Source: Mactra antiquata (Eukaryota). From it: DNA of 64,000 nt. A program made the translations under genes and the position numbers. The notes beneath the pieces were generated by a model. The model ran no database searches and had not been told where the DNA came from. It was given only the letters and a program-made list of their open reading frames with translations. Below, piece by piece: positions 45,389-59,299 of this stretch. The stretch is from the NCBI GenBank assembly GCA_047288015.1, contig CM103819.1:32689354-32753353 (forward strand), given 5' to 3'. Positions within the stretch are counted from its first letter, which is position 1. Each line of letters begins with the position of its first letter.

Positions 45389-46547
45389 AGGAAATCCAGA
45401 ATACCCCTTCATTTCTTAAAGATCCTTTGTCCGAATCCCATAGTAAATATCCATTTCAGCGTCCTAGACATGGTGAGATTCCTGGTCTAGATGATAAAAA
45501 AGACCATAATAGTGAGGACTCTCATAGAAATAGTGATGTTAAAAAAGAGAGAAAGTTAAGTGAGGACCATGTTAAACATGAGGCAGGAAGAGAGAAAGCT
45601 AAAAAAGAGAAAACTGATCGACGTAATAAAAAAGAAAGTTCAAGTAGTTCTAGCAGCTCTGGGAGTAGTAGTAGTAGTAGTGACTCATCTAGTTCAAGTT
45701 CTGACTCCGATAGTTCAGGGTCCGAATCCTCATCTGAGTCTTCAGATGTAAAATCTAAGTCTAAACGTAGGTCTTCTAAAAATGATAAAAACAGTCGCTC
45801 TAAGAGTGATAGAGACAATAAGAAATCAAAAACTGAAAGAAATGTTAGAGTTGAACGTAGTGACTCTAATAGATCTACTAATAAATACAAAGATAAAAGT
45901 AGGAGAGAGAGTGAGAGAGACAGTAGAAAAATGTATGAAGATGACTCAGAGGATGAGAGAGAGGTTAGGAGAGTTGAAGTTAGACGGGAGAGCAAGTCTG
46001 ATAAATATATAGAGAGAAGTCGATCTAAGGATCGAAGTTCCAGAAAGAAAAACAGGGAAAGTGAGAGAAGTCGATCAAGGGAGAGATATAGGGAGAAAGA
46101 ACGTCCTAGGGAGAGAGATGATCATAGTAGGTCAAGGGAGAGAAGGAAGGAGAAAGAACGAAGAAGTCGATCTAGAGATCGGAGTGAGAGATTTAAAAGA
46201 GTGAAAGAAGAGAGAGATGAACGAATGAAAGAAAAAAAATATGACAGAAGTGAATCATTGGACACTTCTTATGATGACTATTATGGAGATAGTAGAAAAG
46301 TTAAGAAATCTAGACGACGTGATGATAGTGTTGATTCAAGAACCAAATCTAGCGGCAAGAAGAGACGAGCATCACGGTCAGACTCTTCAGAAAGTGAAAA
46401 CCATAGTAGATCGAAGCATAAAAAATCCAGCCGAGATGTAAGTCCGAGAGAATCCAAACATAAAAGTAGTCGACATGATTATGATGAGTATGAATATCAA
46501 GAGAGACGGGGTAAGAAGTCGAGTCACAAACGCAGATCTAGATCAAG
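45389..46547 (+). CDS. PNISR: PNISR-like exon 12: long RS/poly-Ser/RD/RE-rich exon (Q-EIQNTPSFLKDPLSES...SSSSSSSGSSSSSSDSSSSSSDSDSSGSESS...RSRSRERYREKERPRERDDHSRSRERRKEKERRSRSRDRSE...KRRSRSR)
   Basis: Acceptor TCTCTTTCAG at 45387-88. Matches the 456-aa ORF 45364..46734 in the track. Candidate donor CAAG|GTGGGC at 46548; if unused the ORF runs to the stop at 46734 through a hydrophobic low-complexity tail that does not look genuine. A downstream acceptor TTTGCAG|ATAA (46960s) would add one Arg codon then a stop. 3' end unresolved. Confidence 0.7.
45640..45745 (+). repeat. PNISR: Coding (AGT/AGC/TCN)n poly-Ser microsatellite within PNISR exon 12
   Basis: AGTTCAAGTAGTTCTAGCAGCTCTGGGAGTAGTAGTAGTAGTAGTGACTCATCTAGTTCAAGTTCTGACTCCGATAGTTCAGGGTCC... 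Confidence 0.8.
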
Positions 46548-46740
46548 GTGGGCAATTTATTTCATTTCTTTATTAGATCCATTATTGTTCATTAGAAAAA
46601 AATTCTTTTATCTGGCCTGTTCCAAATCTTTACCCGACATTTTCATGTCTGTCTTTTCTTTTAATAAGAGCTTTCTAAAACTGAAATTGCTCATTACAGA
46701 TGTGATATTTGTGAATCTAGATTTAAAAGCTTAAATTCTG

Positions 46741-46792
46741 ATTGATTGAACAATTAATTTATTTATTGATTGATTGATTGATTCTGTAACTG
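46741..46792. repeat. (GATT)n / TTTATT microsatellite downstream of PNISR exon 12
   Basis: GATTGATTGAACAATTAATTTATTTATTGATTGATTGATTGATTCTG. Confidence 0.7.
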
Positions 46793-49700
46793 AATCTTTC
46801 TGTCTAGCTTTAGGTAGGTAAGTTGAAGAAAGGGAGCCTATAGAAATTTAAGATTTGTCATTTATTTTTTTTTTCAAATTTTCTTTGATATTCTAACATG
46901 AACTCACCAGTTATGAACTCTGTGTTGGATAGGTATGGTGTTTTTCATTTGCAGATAATTTCCTCAGAGATGATGAGATTAATGGATGTTATACTCACCT
47001 GGTAACCATGGCAACCACTTACCCTGCTGATAACTTATCGTTTATATCTGTCATGAAATGTACATGTTGATTTGTAATTAAATTATTGAAAATATTCAGA
47101 TTGTTTTTTGACTATTGACTCCCTCAGGCTCACAAGGAAGACTGAGCTTGCCCAACTGTGTTGCCTCAGTAAATAAAGTCCTAACTTACTGGTATTTTCT
47201 TTTTGAATGTTTAACATGATGGAATGAAAAAAATATCAGCATGATAAAATATGACATCTTTCGTTGTTTAGTCTTCTCAAGCACTGGCTATTGGCCAAAT
47301 AAACCTCTTCAAATATCACTGTATATATGGCAATTTTGAACACTGATCTTGGTATTCTGATAATTTTTGTCTGCTGTTACAAACATTTTGGTTTTGACAT
47401 TTTATAACTGGTAAACTGACTGTGGACTCAAAACTCAGTTTTGTTTTCTAATTGTTTTTCTTTAGTAGCATATAACTATGAAGTAATTCATAGTAGTATA
47501 TAAGTATTATTGAAAGGATGTTAAATATATTCATTTTATCATGTACGATCCCTTATTTACAAAGAAATATCAGTGCTCAGGAATTTGAAATTTTATATCA
47601 AAACATAGAAAAATATTTTGTTGTCAATATATAAAATTTCAAGTTCCTGTGTTCAGTGGAACAAAACTTAATTTCTAGCTTTGAGTTGTTTCAAGTTTAT
47701 AACTTGGGCCTTGATCATTGTACAGTAGGTTATCATGCCTTGTGCAGGTATGGACATCATATATTGAACAAATATATTACCTCAAGAAATATTTTATAAA
47801 CTGCATGCTGATCTGAACCCAAGGTTATAAGACCTCTAGAACAAGCTCTATGCTCAAAACTCAAGTTTTGTCCTCAAGCTGTGTTTTTCTTAATCGCATA
47901 AAGACTTAGAAACTAGTTTCTTGTAGTATAGATATATTGTTGAACACTGCATTAAATTTTAGGTTTTTCAAATATAATGTATACTTACTAAGAAATCCAT
48001 TGAAAGAACGAATCTGAGTTTTCAGCATGGAGTTTGTTCTCAAGTTTTATAACCTCAGACTGGAGTCTCTACCTGTCTGTTGATATTTGGATATGCAAGG
48101 CCTTTGGATTTTGAGTAACTTTGATACCAGATGTTTAATTTGCTTCAACAGAACCACACACCACTTGATGTGACAGATGTTTACTTTATTACGAAAATAC
48201 ATTTCAGTTTGAAAGTAATTCTTACAGGATAAAGAATGTAGGAATTTGAACATGAATCATAAGGCTACGTATGTGCTGTCTTGATGTCAGGGTGTAAAGT
48301 CATAAGATATAATCTTGAAGCCACTCGACCGAACCAAGCACCTGTAAAACAGTTGTCAACTTGGGAGACACTTGACCAATCCATAAATCTGTTCACCCAA
48401 CATCAATCTAGAAGCAACAAGATGGATCCAAGAATCATGTTAAAGCAACGGACTTCAGATTCATCTGTTGATCTGTTGTGGAGCAACCAATATACCACTT
48501 TGTGTAATTTTATTTTATACCAATGGTGCACTAGACAAATAAAATTGAATTTGAATGTTAGTCTATAAATACATTGTCACAATGTAGAAAAAATTGTCTG
48601 TGCTCTGTTCATGTTCAGCCACTTAACATTGATATTCTCGTTCACACAACACAATCAGAATGTTTCATAAGTATTTATCATAACAAACACAGTAATAGAA
48701 AGTCATCAAATATAACTTTTCAAATGACCAATACCCGCGATATTTGATTGACTTGAGAAATGGGTACCATGAGAACTGTAGCTACTAAGGGAGGTAATTG
48801 TGTGAAACCATAATTTAAACACGGTTCATGTATACTTCAATATACTTTATACAGTAAAGTTCCGCTAAGACCACTTAAGTTATTTCAAAATCATGCGATT
48901 TTTGAAAATTATTTAGATCCAAATGCTTAATTTGTGAAGAAAAGGGTCCCTATGATAAGACCGTTTCGCTATTAAGACCACCAATTTTGCTGGTCTTAAT
49001 TAGTTCAAAGGCTCAGGACTCGCCTCGAATTTTCTTTGTAAACTGAAATTTTGCCCAAATGTTATTCAAACTAAAGATACTATAATTCCTATTTTCTAAA
49101 ATTAATCATTTCAAAAAGAATTTGTTAAAAGGAGTACGCAATCATTGATTGTGCTAAAATGCAGAAATAGATTTGTAACGTATATATTTTTTGACTTTTG
49201 ACAATCTTGATTCGCTTTTTGTATTTTGATCATTCCGAGAACAGATTTTAAGGTTCAGAAATCTTTGTGGCGGAATAAGACTAATGTCAATTATTAACGA
49301 GTACTTTTTCGTCTTATTTAAATCTTACTTTTTGCATAAATCTATTTTTAGCTAGGTCCACGTGGGTCTTGTCAGAAATCGCCCATTAATTGCGACAAAA
49401 CAAAATCTCTTACATCAGGAATATATTGGCATACTCATTTCAAGCTCAATGATAGATATATCATTTCTAATTGGTTAAAGAAAAAGTTGGACATAATGTG
49501 CCTGCAATTTGTTTAAATGGAGTCTGTGATAATTGCTGATACATAAAATCCCTTACTCGCCTGAGAAAAATGTGCGTTTTAAAGTTCTTTAACCGGGGTG
49601 TCTGGTCGTCTCGTTGGTTTTCAAAATGTTGGAAATGGGATCCAACGTAATATTTTGGTGTCTAGATCACCCTGTAAAAACTTGGGTCTTTGACCCCCAA

Positions 49701-51631
49701 AATAAAGTTTTAAATAGTCTGAATCATCCTCTGATTATGATTCCTTTAGATAGACTAAGGAATGTATTAGCTGGTAAGATTGAAATATGTACGGAGAACC
49801 AGACTTGACCTAGTTTGAATGTGATGTTAGGCTTGAGCAATGCAGTGCTCCGTCTTATTAAAATCCTCTCATAAATGGTTTTTGTACAACAGTCAGTTTG
49901 GGATTTGCTTCAAGCGTTGCTTGTATTGTGTCTCACGCTAAGACTATAAGTCAATTCTCGGGTGTTTGATTTATTTGTGTTACTAAAAGATTGATAAATA
50001 TTGCTAAGTTCTTCAAGTTCTAGATTTTTAAAACTTACATAAATATTTTCAATAAAAATAGGCCATACAACATTGTTGATACTTATCTCATACTTTTAAC
50101 AACATTACCTCAAAGTGACCCATGGAGAAATGAAAACTATGACCTAAAACTTCATACAAATTTTCTTTACGATCAGTTAACTCGAAAAGTCTTTAATTTC
50201 GAAGTTAATTATTACTCAAGTGTGCTCGAGTCTGTTCAAAATTTACCTAGGCTATTTAGGTTTAGCCTTGTGCGTTATTTTTTATGATACATATCAAATT
50301 TGGTTAATAAAATACTTTGATGTATTGATAGCAGATAATTGTTGGACACTGCGTACTTATTGGTACAAAATATATATTTTCAAATACTTTATTTGAACAC
50401 CATTAGATCCATACAGTTATAATGTCATTTTACAGACATCGACAGGTGACTTGTGGTAATGTATTTTTTAAAAAGACCTAAATGGAAAAACGAATGTGGG
50501 TAGCGATTAATCATAAATAAGTTGAATAAAAACTTGGCTTGCAATCCTCTACTTCATTGCCATCCAAAAGTTCCTTCACAGTGCGTTGAACTGAGCTACT
50601 ATATTTTCCATGTTCTTGTTTGAAGAATCATTATTTTATTATTTATTACAATTATTATTTATGCAATGAAGATACATTTCATTTATGTGTTGCAGCATTA
50701 ATTATCTGTCGGCCTCCAAAACCATAGTCAACAATACAACATATTTTAAGTTACTTTCGTTATCTCATATTCAGTAGAAAAATCTACTGATTTCCAAAAC
50801 AAAACTAAAAAGTATAGTTTAAAATGAACTTTTTGAATGAAAATTAGAGCTGTTTGAAAGTATGTTTTTACCATGTATAAATTGTGAATGAGTGAAGGTA
50901 CTTTCGAATGGCAGGGTATATCGATAAAAATATAGACATGAGTTGTAATACGCGTGCATAAGTAAAACTCATGCCATGCACACAGAACGGAAGAATTGAT
51001 AACCAAAAGTTGCACTAAGAAAAGTGTGATCATTTGAACATGGTGTTTGACAAAGGCGCAACTAAATGAGATGTTTATGTTTTAGAAAATCACAAAACAC
51101 CAACACGTAAATGAAAATGTTAATTAAATAGACTGAACCAAAAAAGGCAAAAAAAAACACATAAATTTAGATAATTCTGAACTTATATAATGTGTCAGCA
51201 ATGTAACACAATGTCCTTTCCTTAAGATTTGCATTCAGTGTGCTTACAAATAAAACGTATTATTTTCAAATTCATGCATTTATAATGAGATTGCTTAGTT
51301 ATGTGTGCTCGGAGGTTTCATTATACCAGTACATTTATATGTGTTACACATAAAATTTTGATTGAAAATGTAATTAGGTTTTTAACATAAACTCGACGAT
51401 CATTGAAGTTGAATTATTTTGATGAGATTTTATTACGTAATAAAATCAAGCTATGGGGCAGTTAGATAGACACTTTTATTTCCTCCGATTCTGGTGAACA
51501 CATGAATGAAATACAAAAGGAACATTTAGTTGATAACCTCGATTTAAAATATGACTTAAGTTATATCGTTTACCTTCGATCACAATGTGATAAAGGCAAA
51601 ATATTGTCAGTACTGGTGAGAATGGGACGTG

Positions 51632-51679
51632 CATTCGGAACGTCCTCGGCTCGGAAAATTGCCGAGAAAGTTCCGAATG
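51632..51679. other. 48-nt nested perfect hairpin (CATTCGGAAC..GTTCCGAATG outer stem; CTCGG..CCGAG inner stem)
   Basis: CATTCGGAACGTCCTCGGCTCGGAAAATTGCCGAGAAAGTTCCGAATG. 10-bp outer and 5-bp inner inverted repeats, GC-rich relative to the flanks. Confidence 0.5.
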
Positions 51680-52149
51680 TGGGACATGTTGGAATGACTT
51701 TGTCAAAATATAGTAAGTTAAAAGTCGTCCCTTATAATGTAACGTTAATTTAATACATGTTACGTATGAAATACACGTAGCCAGTGACATTAGAGTACCA
51801 AGAGGTTAAATCTAGATTATTGATCTGGATTCCACTTTACTTTGATAATCTCTGGGTTCCGAGAATTAGCCAATGACGGTTCCTGGTATTTTATCTTGGG
51901 GACTGGAGTGGACAACAAACGTACGTTGTACTTAGAAAACCCTTTTCAAATTGTTTGCTAGTTTTTTTTTGAAAATTCCCGAGTGTGGAGGGGTCCAGAA
52001 TCCCCTACAGTTAAAAGTCCGGTTTAAAGTCTACTTTCATGTACACGTTCAGCCGAATACAATTTTATACGATAACCCCAGAATGATTCATATATCAAAA
52101 TCACCTTCAAGTAAGCGACCCTCACTGTATCCATTCACCGTCTATGTAT

Positions 52150-52300
52150 AGAACGATTTATACCTGGGTTGAGTGAAGCAGTCGCGGGTAAATTTCTTGC
52201 TCAAGGAAATAAGCAGTGTTCCCCGTGAGATTCGAACCCGGGACCTCTCGATATCTAGCTAAGCTAGCGTTCTACCACTGGACTACTGCTCCATGAACTG
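52150..52300 (-). mobile_element. Truncated SINE family C copy (tRNA-like head does not fold into a canonical cloverleaf)
   Basis: The T-arm GGTTCGAATC is present but the flanking stem does not pair (CCGGG/CTCAC), so I call it a SINE head/pseudo-tRNA rather than a tRNA gene. Confidence 0.45.
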
Positions 52301-55300
52301 GATCAACATAGCCGTTGTTTCGTCACATATACGTGTATGTTATAATTGTTATTTGGCTTGAAATTTCAAGTTAGATTTTTTAATGAACGTTAAACCAACA
52401 AATCATCTGAAGGGTATATTGACATGTCAATGTGATTGTCGACTTCAATACACACGATAACTTTATAGAACATTTTTTAAGTTTTTTATAGAATGACAAA
52501 TTGTATCAAATTGTGGGACAAAGTATCGAAATGATTGAAAAACAAGTTTTATATGTAAATCATTAATATGAACTCTTTGAAAAAAAGTTAAAATACCTAC
52601 ACTTGGTAGCGTAATTTATGCGATAAAATATCAGCTACAACATTATGTCTAACTACGGCCTAGATGTCGATATAATGCAATCAGACTATGGTTAAAAAAG
52701 AAATATTGTTATGTTTTACTAAAAGTCTATTGACACTTTTAAATAAATGTTTAAAGAATATAATATCTTGATAACCGAGTGTAACCTTTACATTATATAT
52801 GTAAGAAAGTATTAATTTTTAAAAGGTTTAACGCTAATCTGCCTCAATTTGTTAACACAGGTGATTATCACCGACTTAATATTTCATAGTCTGACATAGT
52901 TTCCAATGCTTTAGTTTTAAGGACAGATTTAGTCAGCGGACTAGACCAGTGTGACTGAATTGGTAGATTTTAGTTTAAATGCTTTAAAAACGTTGAAACA
53001 TTGATATTGGCGCTATTGAATAGTTAACTATTTAACAAAAAAGCAACTTTTAAAGTTTAAACCGATTGGGTTACATTTAATTTGAAATTCGGTAGATGAA
53101 TAATTAACATGTTTTTTGCTCAAAAAGGATAATATATATACGATATTTAAATTTGAAAAATAAATTACTGGTATAATAGACTCATTCATATCATAATGAC
53201 TTTTTTATGTGTGTGAAAGAATCAAAGGGACGTCTATATAATGTGTTCAGTAGGCCGACCATGAACCACTAGGAAATGGATTGAGAACGTTCAGTATGTA
53301 TTTTCAATTTTATTTTCTAAATTTCTATAATCTATAAATTGTCTTTTTTAACTAGTACATATAATAAATGACTGATATTCGTCATGTTCTGGCTGTGGCA
53401 TTTAATCCACAGACATCGGGATTGCAAAAGCTCACCCCTTGGACCCATTTACAAAACAGGAAGCCAATTTTCAAGCACTGTATTCGACACCATTGCTCGT
53501 AATATTACGATTATATGTAATTTTATATTGTTAAAATACTGGATTACTGTGTTGAAAATGGGACTGAAAGGGATTCTTGCATGCTGGATACCTGTGATTT
53601 AACTAGGATTCTTGCAAGCCCATCTAATACACTTTAAAAGTAAGTCGGTGCAAAGTTGGTCCCATAATTCTTTTTTACTAAAGTAAAGGGTTAGGGCTAA
53701 ACCTAAAGTTTTCACAGACTCATATGTTTACATTACTCATAGTCCACTATTATAATAAATCAAGTTGTCAAATAATAGTTACTACGCTCGAATTGTCTTA
53801 CTAAACGTAATTGTCCTGTACGGAGACAATACTGTCTATCTCAGAATATTGTTTTTTATTTAATATAAGATTATATAAATCAATTATTCAAGGTATCAAT
53901 ATATTTCACTTCGAAACAAACCTGGCTGGCGCTTATACAACGATCGTTATGTAAAGGGATAGGAAATTATACATCCGAGTACTTGAAGAACCCTTTCATT
54001 ACATTGACCTATACGGTAACATTTTGCTCCCTGGTATAAAGTACATATACAATGTATTTCTAAATTCAACATTTCTTGCAGTCGAGAATAATGATTTCCT
54101 TCTATTCCGAATGTAACAAATTAGTAATTGATGTTTTCCTCTTATAATCTTAAGAGAAACGCGATTTAATCAACTCTTTCATTACTTTGTTGTTAGTTTA
54201 TTAGGAGACTATACTATGATTTTATGAGTAAATAAAATTACTGGCTACTCTTCCTGATATTGCTCCCTTGAATGTTTTTACTGAAGTTGCCATAATTAGA
54301 ACATAACTGTTTGCTTAGTAATGACCTGTAAAGCTATTGACCGGGTACTCATGGTCTTCCGATAAAACGTATTGGAATTGCTTTCACTTTTTTATTTACT
54401 ATTTACTTATTCAAATAGTACAGATGACACAATTTGTAATCCATTTACATATGTTTCGAAACAGTCACAGCAGAGCTAAATCTTGTTTTATGGAACGGTG
54501 TCTTTCTACGGACTGTGACAAGTACCTTCTAGTTGTAGTTCGATCAACCAACGATTCTTCTGGTATCAAATTTGATATAAAGAAAATTATAATTATAGTG
54601 GTTAGAAAGGCGTTGAAATGTCAAATTCGGTCAACCAAATTTCTACCCTGAATATACAGTTAGATGTCTTGTTAAATCATCCACCCGTTTATAAAAGTTA
54701 CTTCCCATGCTCAAAACAGAATGCAAGACAGACCTCATCTTTATTTGGCAACACTATACCTCAGCATAATGACGTACAAAAACTCAAAACTTGTGTGACC
54801 CATTATTATACTTCAATGCTTGTCTTTGTGGTACTATTTAAAAGCATTTTGTTTCAGCATTCGAATAATGCATTCTGAACTCTTGGCAATCTTGAATGGT
54901 GGAACAACGGCAAGTTTATAGGTCCGTGGTAGAACTAAATAACATATGCGCATTTTTCGGTGATTGAAGATCATCGCATAATGTTTTCTTTATCATTTTG
55001 TCAAAAAAACTCGAAACGTACAATAGTGTCATATTTTTTGAATAAATACCATATACGTTTTTTATTTATGATTTATTTAACACAGACGAAGATATTTTTT
55101 GTTCTTGTTGACTATTTAAATAAGCGACAAATATTGCAAAGTCGTCTTTCAAAATATTTGTTTAACCTCTAATGTTTACAAAATTTGCGTTTTTGTCGAA
55201 CTGCAATTGCCATTTTTGTCACCCATTGCCTCAGTTATGACCTTGACGTTCATTCAGCTCTGTAAAAATATAGTCAGCTCAAAGAACGCTGAAAGTAGCA

Positions 55301-55525
55301 TTCAACAACGGACGACTAAAGGTGGTAAATAAACACCAAACATAATAAAGCCATGTACTTATTTTTTTGGTAGAGTTAAATATTTGATCTTTGATTGCAA
55401 TCGGCTTGATATACCTTATACAGGGTTCTGTGAAACAATAGCTGAAGGTTTAAATACCGCCATTGAATTAATGTTTAATACTTTAAATAGAAGCAAAGTT
55501 AGATTGTATCATGTAAGGTTTATTA

Positions 55526-55701
55526 CAGTGAAACCTGAGAAGTACGAACCTTGAGACATCTGAAGTCTCAGAATTCTGAACGATTTTCTCAGTCTGATTT
55601 TTAACATCCGATTGCAAAATAAACTTGAGAAATCCGGAAAACTGTGAAGTTCGAACTTATTGTCAGGTGTCAAAGGTGTTCGGATTTCTCGGGTTACACT
55701 G
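55526..55701. mobile_element. 176-bp MITE, TIR CAGTG(A/T)AACCTGAGA, TA TSD (copy 1)
   Basis: TA|CAGTGAAACCTGAGAAG ... CGGGTTACACTG|TA. Related copies at 57530 and 59631. Confidence 0.65.
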
Positions 55702-56107
55702 TATCAATGTAAACAAGTCAAGGGTAGCATATTTTTAATATCAAATACCTGCATTTAGACTTGAATACATATCATCGTGCACCTTTATTGTTTTAAGCAT
55801 AAAAACATGAGATAAGAGGTTTTTATAGGACGCCGGAAAAGGAAACACGCTATAAGATTTAAAAAAGAAATGGTTAATATACAATACATGCTCAAGCTTA
55901 GATCGACTATGCAGAGGTTCATGTCTGATTTTCAAATGATTTCAAAATATCATTAAAATTGTATTAAGCGCATGTTAAAATTAAAACGTATGACAATATG
56001 AATAAAATGATAAAATTTAATCTTTTGTGTGGTAAGACTCTTTGAATACACCCACCGTCATGTTTCCCCGGGAACAGCTAGTTTATTTTAGGTCCTCCAG
56101 TGTTTAT

Positions 56108-56390
56108 GTTGTCCGCCAGGTTAACTCAGTCGGTAGCGTGTCCAACTGCTAATCCAGAGATTTTAGGTACGATTCCCGGAGGGGGCCAACCTACCTTCGT
56201 GGAATTTGGTCATGGAGTACATATACTTTCCACAGTCATTCTCTCTCCTACCTCTGTATCAAGTAGGGCAGTTGTCGGCTACTGGCGATGGTATGTGCTC
56301 AGTACTGGTGAAAAGCTTAGATCTAGAGATCTAAACCGCTCCAGGGACAGTCAGTAGGTCGGGTGACCGTCGTGACATGACTTAAAATTT
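56108..56390 (+). mobile_element. SINE family A copy
   Basis: GTTAACTCAGTCGGTAGCGTGTCC..GGTACGATTCCCGGAGGGGGCC head plus the shared body. Track ORF 56100..56357 is spurious. Confidence 0.65.
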
Positions 56391-57529
56391 CCAGAAGAGC
56401 GTCGTAAAGCTCTAAAAAACAAACTAAAGTGCTCCAGTACATTCAATAAAATGGGTATAATAGACACATACATGTTTGACGTATAGATTTATAGTTTGAT
56501 ATATTGACAGGAGCTGACTTTAGCTTCAACCCGTCAATATGTATTTTGAAATCTTTTGGTGGTATGGTCGATATAGGACAGGTGTGAAATCACTTCATTT
56601 GTTATCTATACATGTGCAGTCATGTCTTTCAGTAAATCTTGTCAATGATGTATTGATTCTTTTGTTTTTTTACGTAAATCTCACTTTGTTGTCAATGTAC
56701 CTCTTCAAATCATTGTCATTTGGTGGAGGAGCCTAAGTATACATAGTTGCAGTTCCTCATGTAACGTGCTAGTGAGGAGAAGAAACGACTCTTGTATAAA
56801 TTGATGATCAATAATATCTAAGCACCATCGCCTGTACTCTTCCACTATGGAGAGATAAAATATTTGGTGGTCAGCTGACCGTAGTTCGGAACCCATCCAA
56901 AGCAAGATGGTGTATACAGAATACTTGCTAGTCTATTTTCTACTAACCTGTTTAGCTCAATTGTAAAACAATTTCTTGCCACTTATATTAATAAAGCTCG
57001 AGTCTGCTACCTGATCCCTCAATACTGAGTTATCTGGATAAAGTTTCTTGCTGAAGGGGATACAGGGATAACGATGTGGGTTTGGAAAGAATTCAAAGTA
57101 ACTGGGTGTTGCCCATCGTAACTGCTCGATCACGATCATTCTTTTTGAAAACTATTCATTTTATTGACGATAAGTTATGACTCAAGTGAAAAGAGAAATT
57201 ATATGTTCTTTTCCGTTCCGTTCCGGTGCATTGAAATAATATGTTGCAACATTCTTAAAGCAACTTGTACCACGATGAGACATTATCAAAATATTTGATT
57301 TAAAAATCTATCAAAGTTTGATATACATCGTTAACATTTATACATACAGACACCATGGGGTCTTTAAAGCAATATAATCATGTATGATTGATTGGACATG
57401 AAGTATCATTAAATCCTTTAGTTGTCTGTAAAGTGAGGTAGTTTAAACTGTTGTTGAATAGATTATATCATTTATTACTGCCTGAAAACCATCAATAGAT
57501 TTAAGATCATAAACTAACTGGGTGATATA

Positions 57530-57705
57530 CAGTGTAACCTGAGATTCAGACCTTGAGGAATCCGGATTCCTCTGATCTTCGAACGATTTTCTCGGCCCAA
57601 CTTCGGATATGAGAACATGAACAATGCTCTGAGAAATCCGGAAACGTGTAAATTTCGTACATGTAGTTTGGCCCAGAAGGTGTGCGGATGTCTCAGGTTA
57701 CACTG
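57530..57705. mobile_element. 176-bp MITE of the same family, TIR CAGTGTAACCTGAGA, TA TSD (copy 2)
   Basis: TA|CAGTGTAACCTGAGATTC ... GTCTCAGGTTACACTG|TA. Internal TCGAACGATTTTCTC ... GAGAAATCCGGAAA shared with copy 1. Confidence 0.7.
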
Positions 57706-59299
57706 TATAATGGTAAGCTCAAGTAAAAATTTAGATTTAATATGCTTGAATTTTGTAGTTTTAAGATTTTTTTAAAGAGTGGAACTACTAGTTTGGCCAA
57801 TTCATTCATGATGCCACATAGGCGATCGACATGACTTTTTGTCTACAACAATTCAATTTATCTTATCCTTTTGATTTGCTTTATTTTAAATTTAAAAAAT
57901 AACAAAATAATCTTGGAGCGAGCGACGAACGGGTGCAAAACCTTTAATCTAGTTCGCAAGTGTCAGTTTAATTAACAACGGGAAATAGCTCTTTGAACAG
58001 TCATTACATTGGCTCTATTAGACTTTTCACATTGACCATAAACAAGGAATCAGTTAACCACAATGTATAGTAACATAATCCGGCCTCAGATGTTTCAAGC
58101 TGTCTCACGGTACATATTAACAAGCTATAAAAGCTTATCATAAAACTCAGGTATCGATATCAACTAGTATAGTAAACAGGCATGAAACGTTCTTGGTAAC
58201 ATTCAGAAGTACATGTTTCTCATTGAATTCCAGACTTTACGTTAATTACTGTTTATTTAGTGAATGTTATATCTAACGGTAGAATTTCAATACATTTGTT
58301 ACAATAGATTTCCGTTTGCCTTACCTCCTGTGTGTTCCTGGAACATTGAACTTTTTTAGCTATTCGATCTCATTGTCGTGACCATTTGTCTCTGACATAC
58401 AACATTTGACCGTTTTAGTTACTTAATATAGGAAATTGTCTCATTTTTATTTACCATCTAAACAGGAATACATTTGTTTAATGTTGCGTTCTCTACCATG
58501 ACCAATCATACTGTTTAACTAAATATATTTACCACAACGGTTCCAAGAAAATAAACAAAAGTAAAAAAATATTCATAAAATATTCAATACCGGTTTTATC
58601 TATTCTCAACAGTCCTAATATACACAGAGTAGGTCTATTTCATTTCGTCAGATCAATTAGACTAAAGTACATGATCTTCCATGGTTGGAAGATCTGATAT
58701 TAAGCACCTATTACAAAGTATATTAATAGAAATTGGAATTTACAAATTTAAAAGTCAGACAATCAGAGATTGCACCCCATCTACGATTTGGCTTAATGTT
58801 AAAATTAAATTTCTGCCGTGCAAGGCTCTGACTGGTTAACTTGACTTTCAGTAGAAGACATTCCTATGTATGACCTCTTAACCCTCGGACCGTAGCGGTA
58901 TATGAGGGTATGGTTTGAATCAGATTGATCGTCTGAACATCTTGTCATAAAACTAGCAAATTCATAAAAAAGACACAATACACGAAGATTTTTATCGTAA
59001 GGACGTATGGTTTGCCTCTTGTTATTTATCGCATAAATGTCACGGCCTCATTAACAATGTGGCATAACTTTAATCAAGTAATTATGTCTGAAGATTGGTT
59101 GAATTATTTCACATAACGTAACAATGACCTAGTACACTAATTTTACCGCAAATTACAGTTAAGTCGAACACTTGAAAGATCTTAAAAAAGAAAACAAACT
59201 TAAGAAATAATCTAATGAGGTATAGTTATCAAATACTATTCCTTATACGTGCTACCTGTACCTCGTGGGTGTTTTACTATGTGCCAAGTTAATCTATTT

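Noticed and set aside
45522-45995. 157-aa ORF on the minus strand opposite PNISR exon 12
   Set aside because: Antisense reading of the RS/poly-Ser/RE low-complexity coding repeat (gives L/S/E-rich pseudo-protein). No independent signals; sense-strand homology to PNISR explains the region.
46548-46734. C-terminal tail of the 456-aa ORF (WAIYFISLLDPLLFIRKKFFYLACSKSLPDIF...)
   Set aside because: Hydrophobic low-complexity translation of AT-rich sequence immediately after a good GT donor; probably intronic or 3'UTR rather than coding, but not excluded without transcript data.
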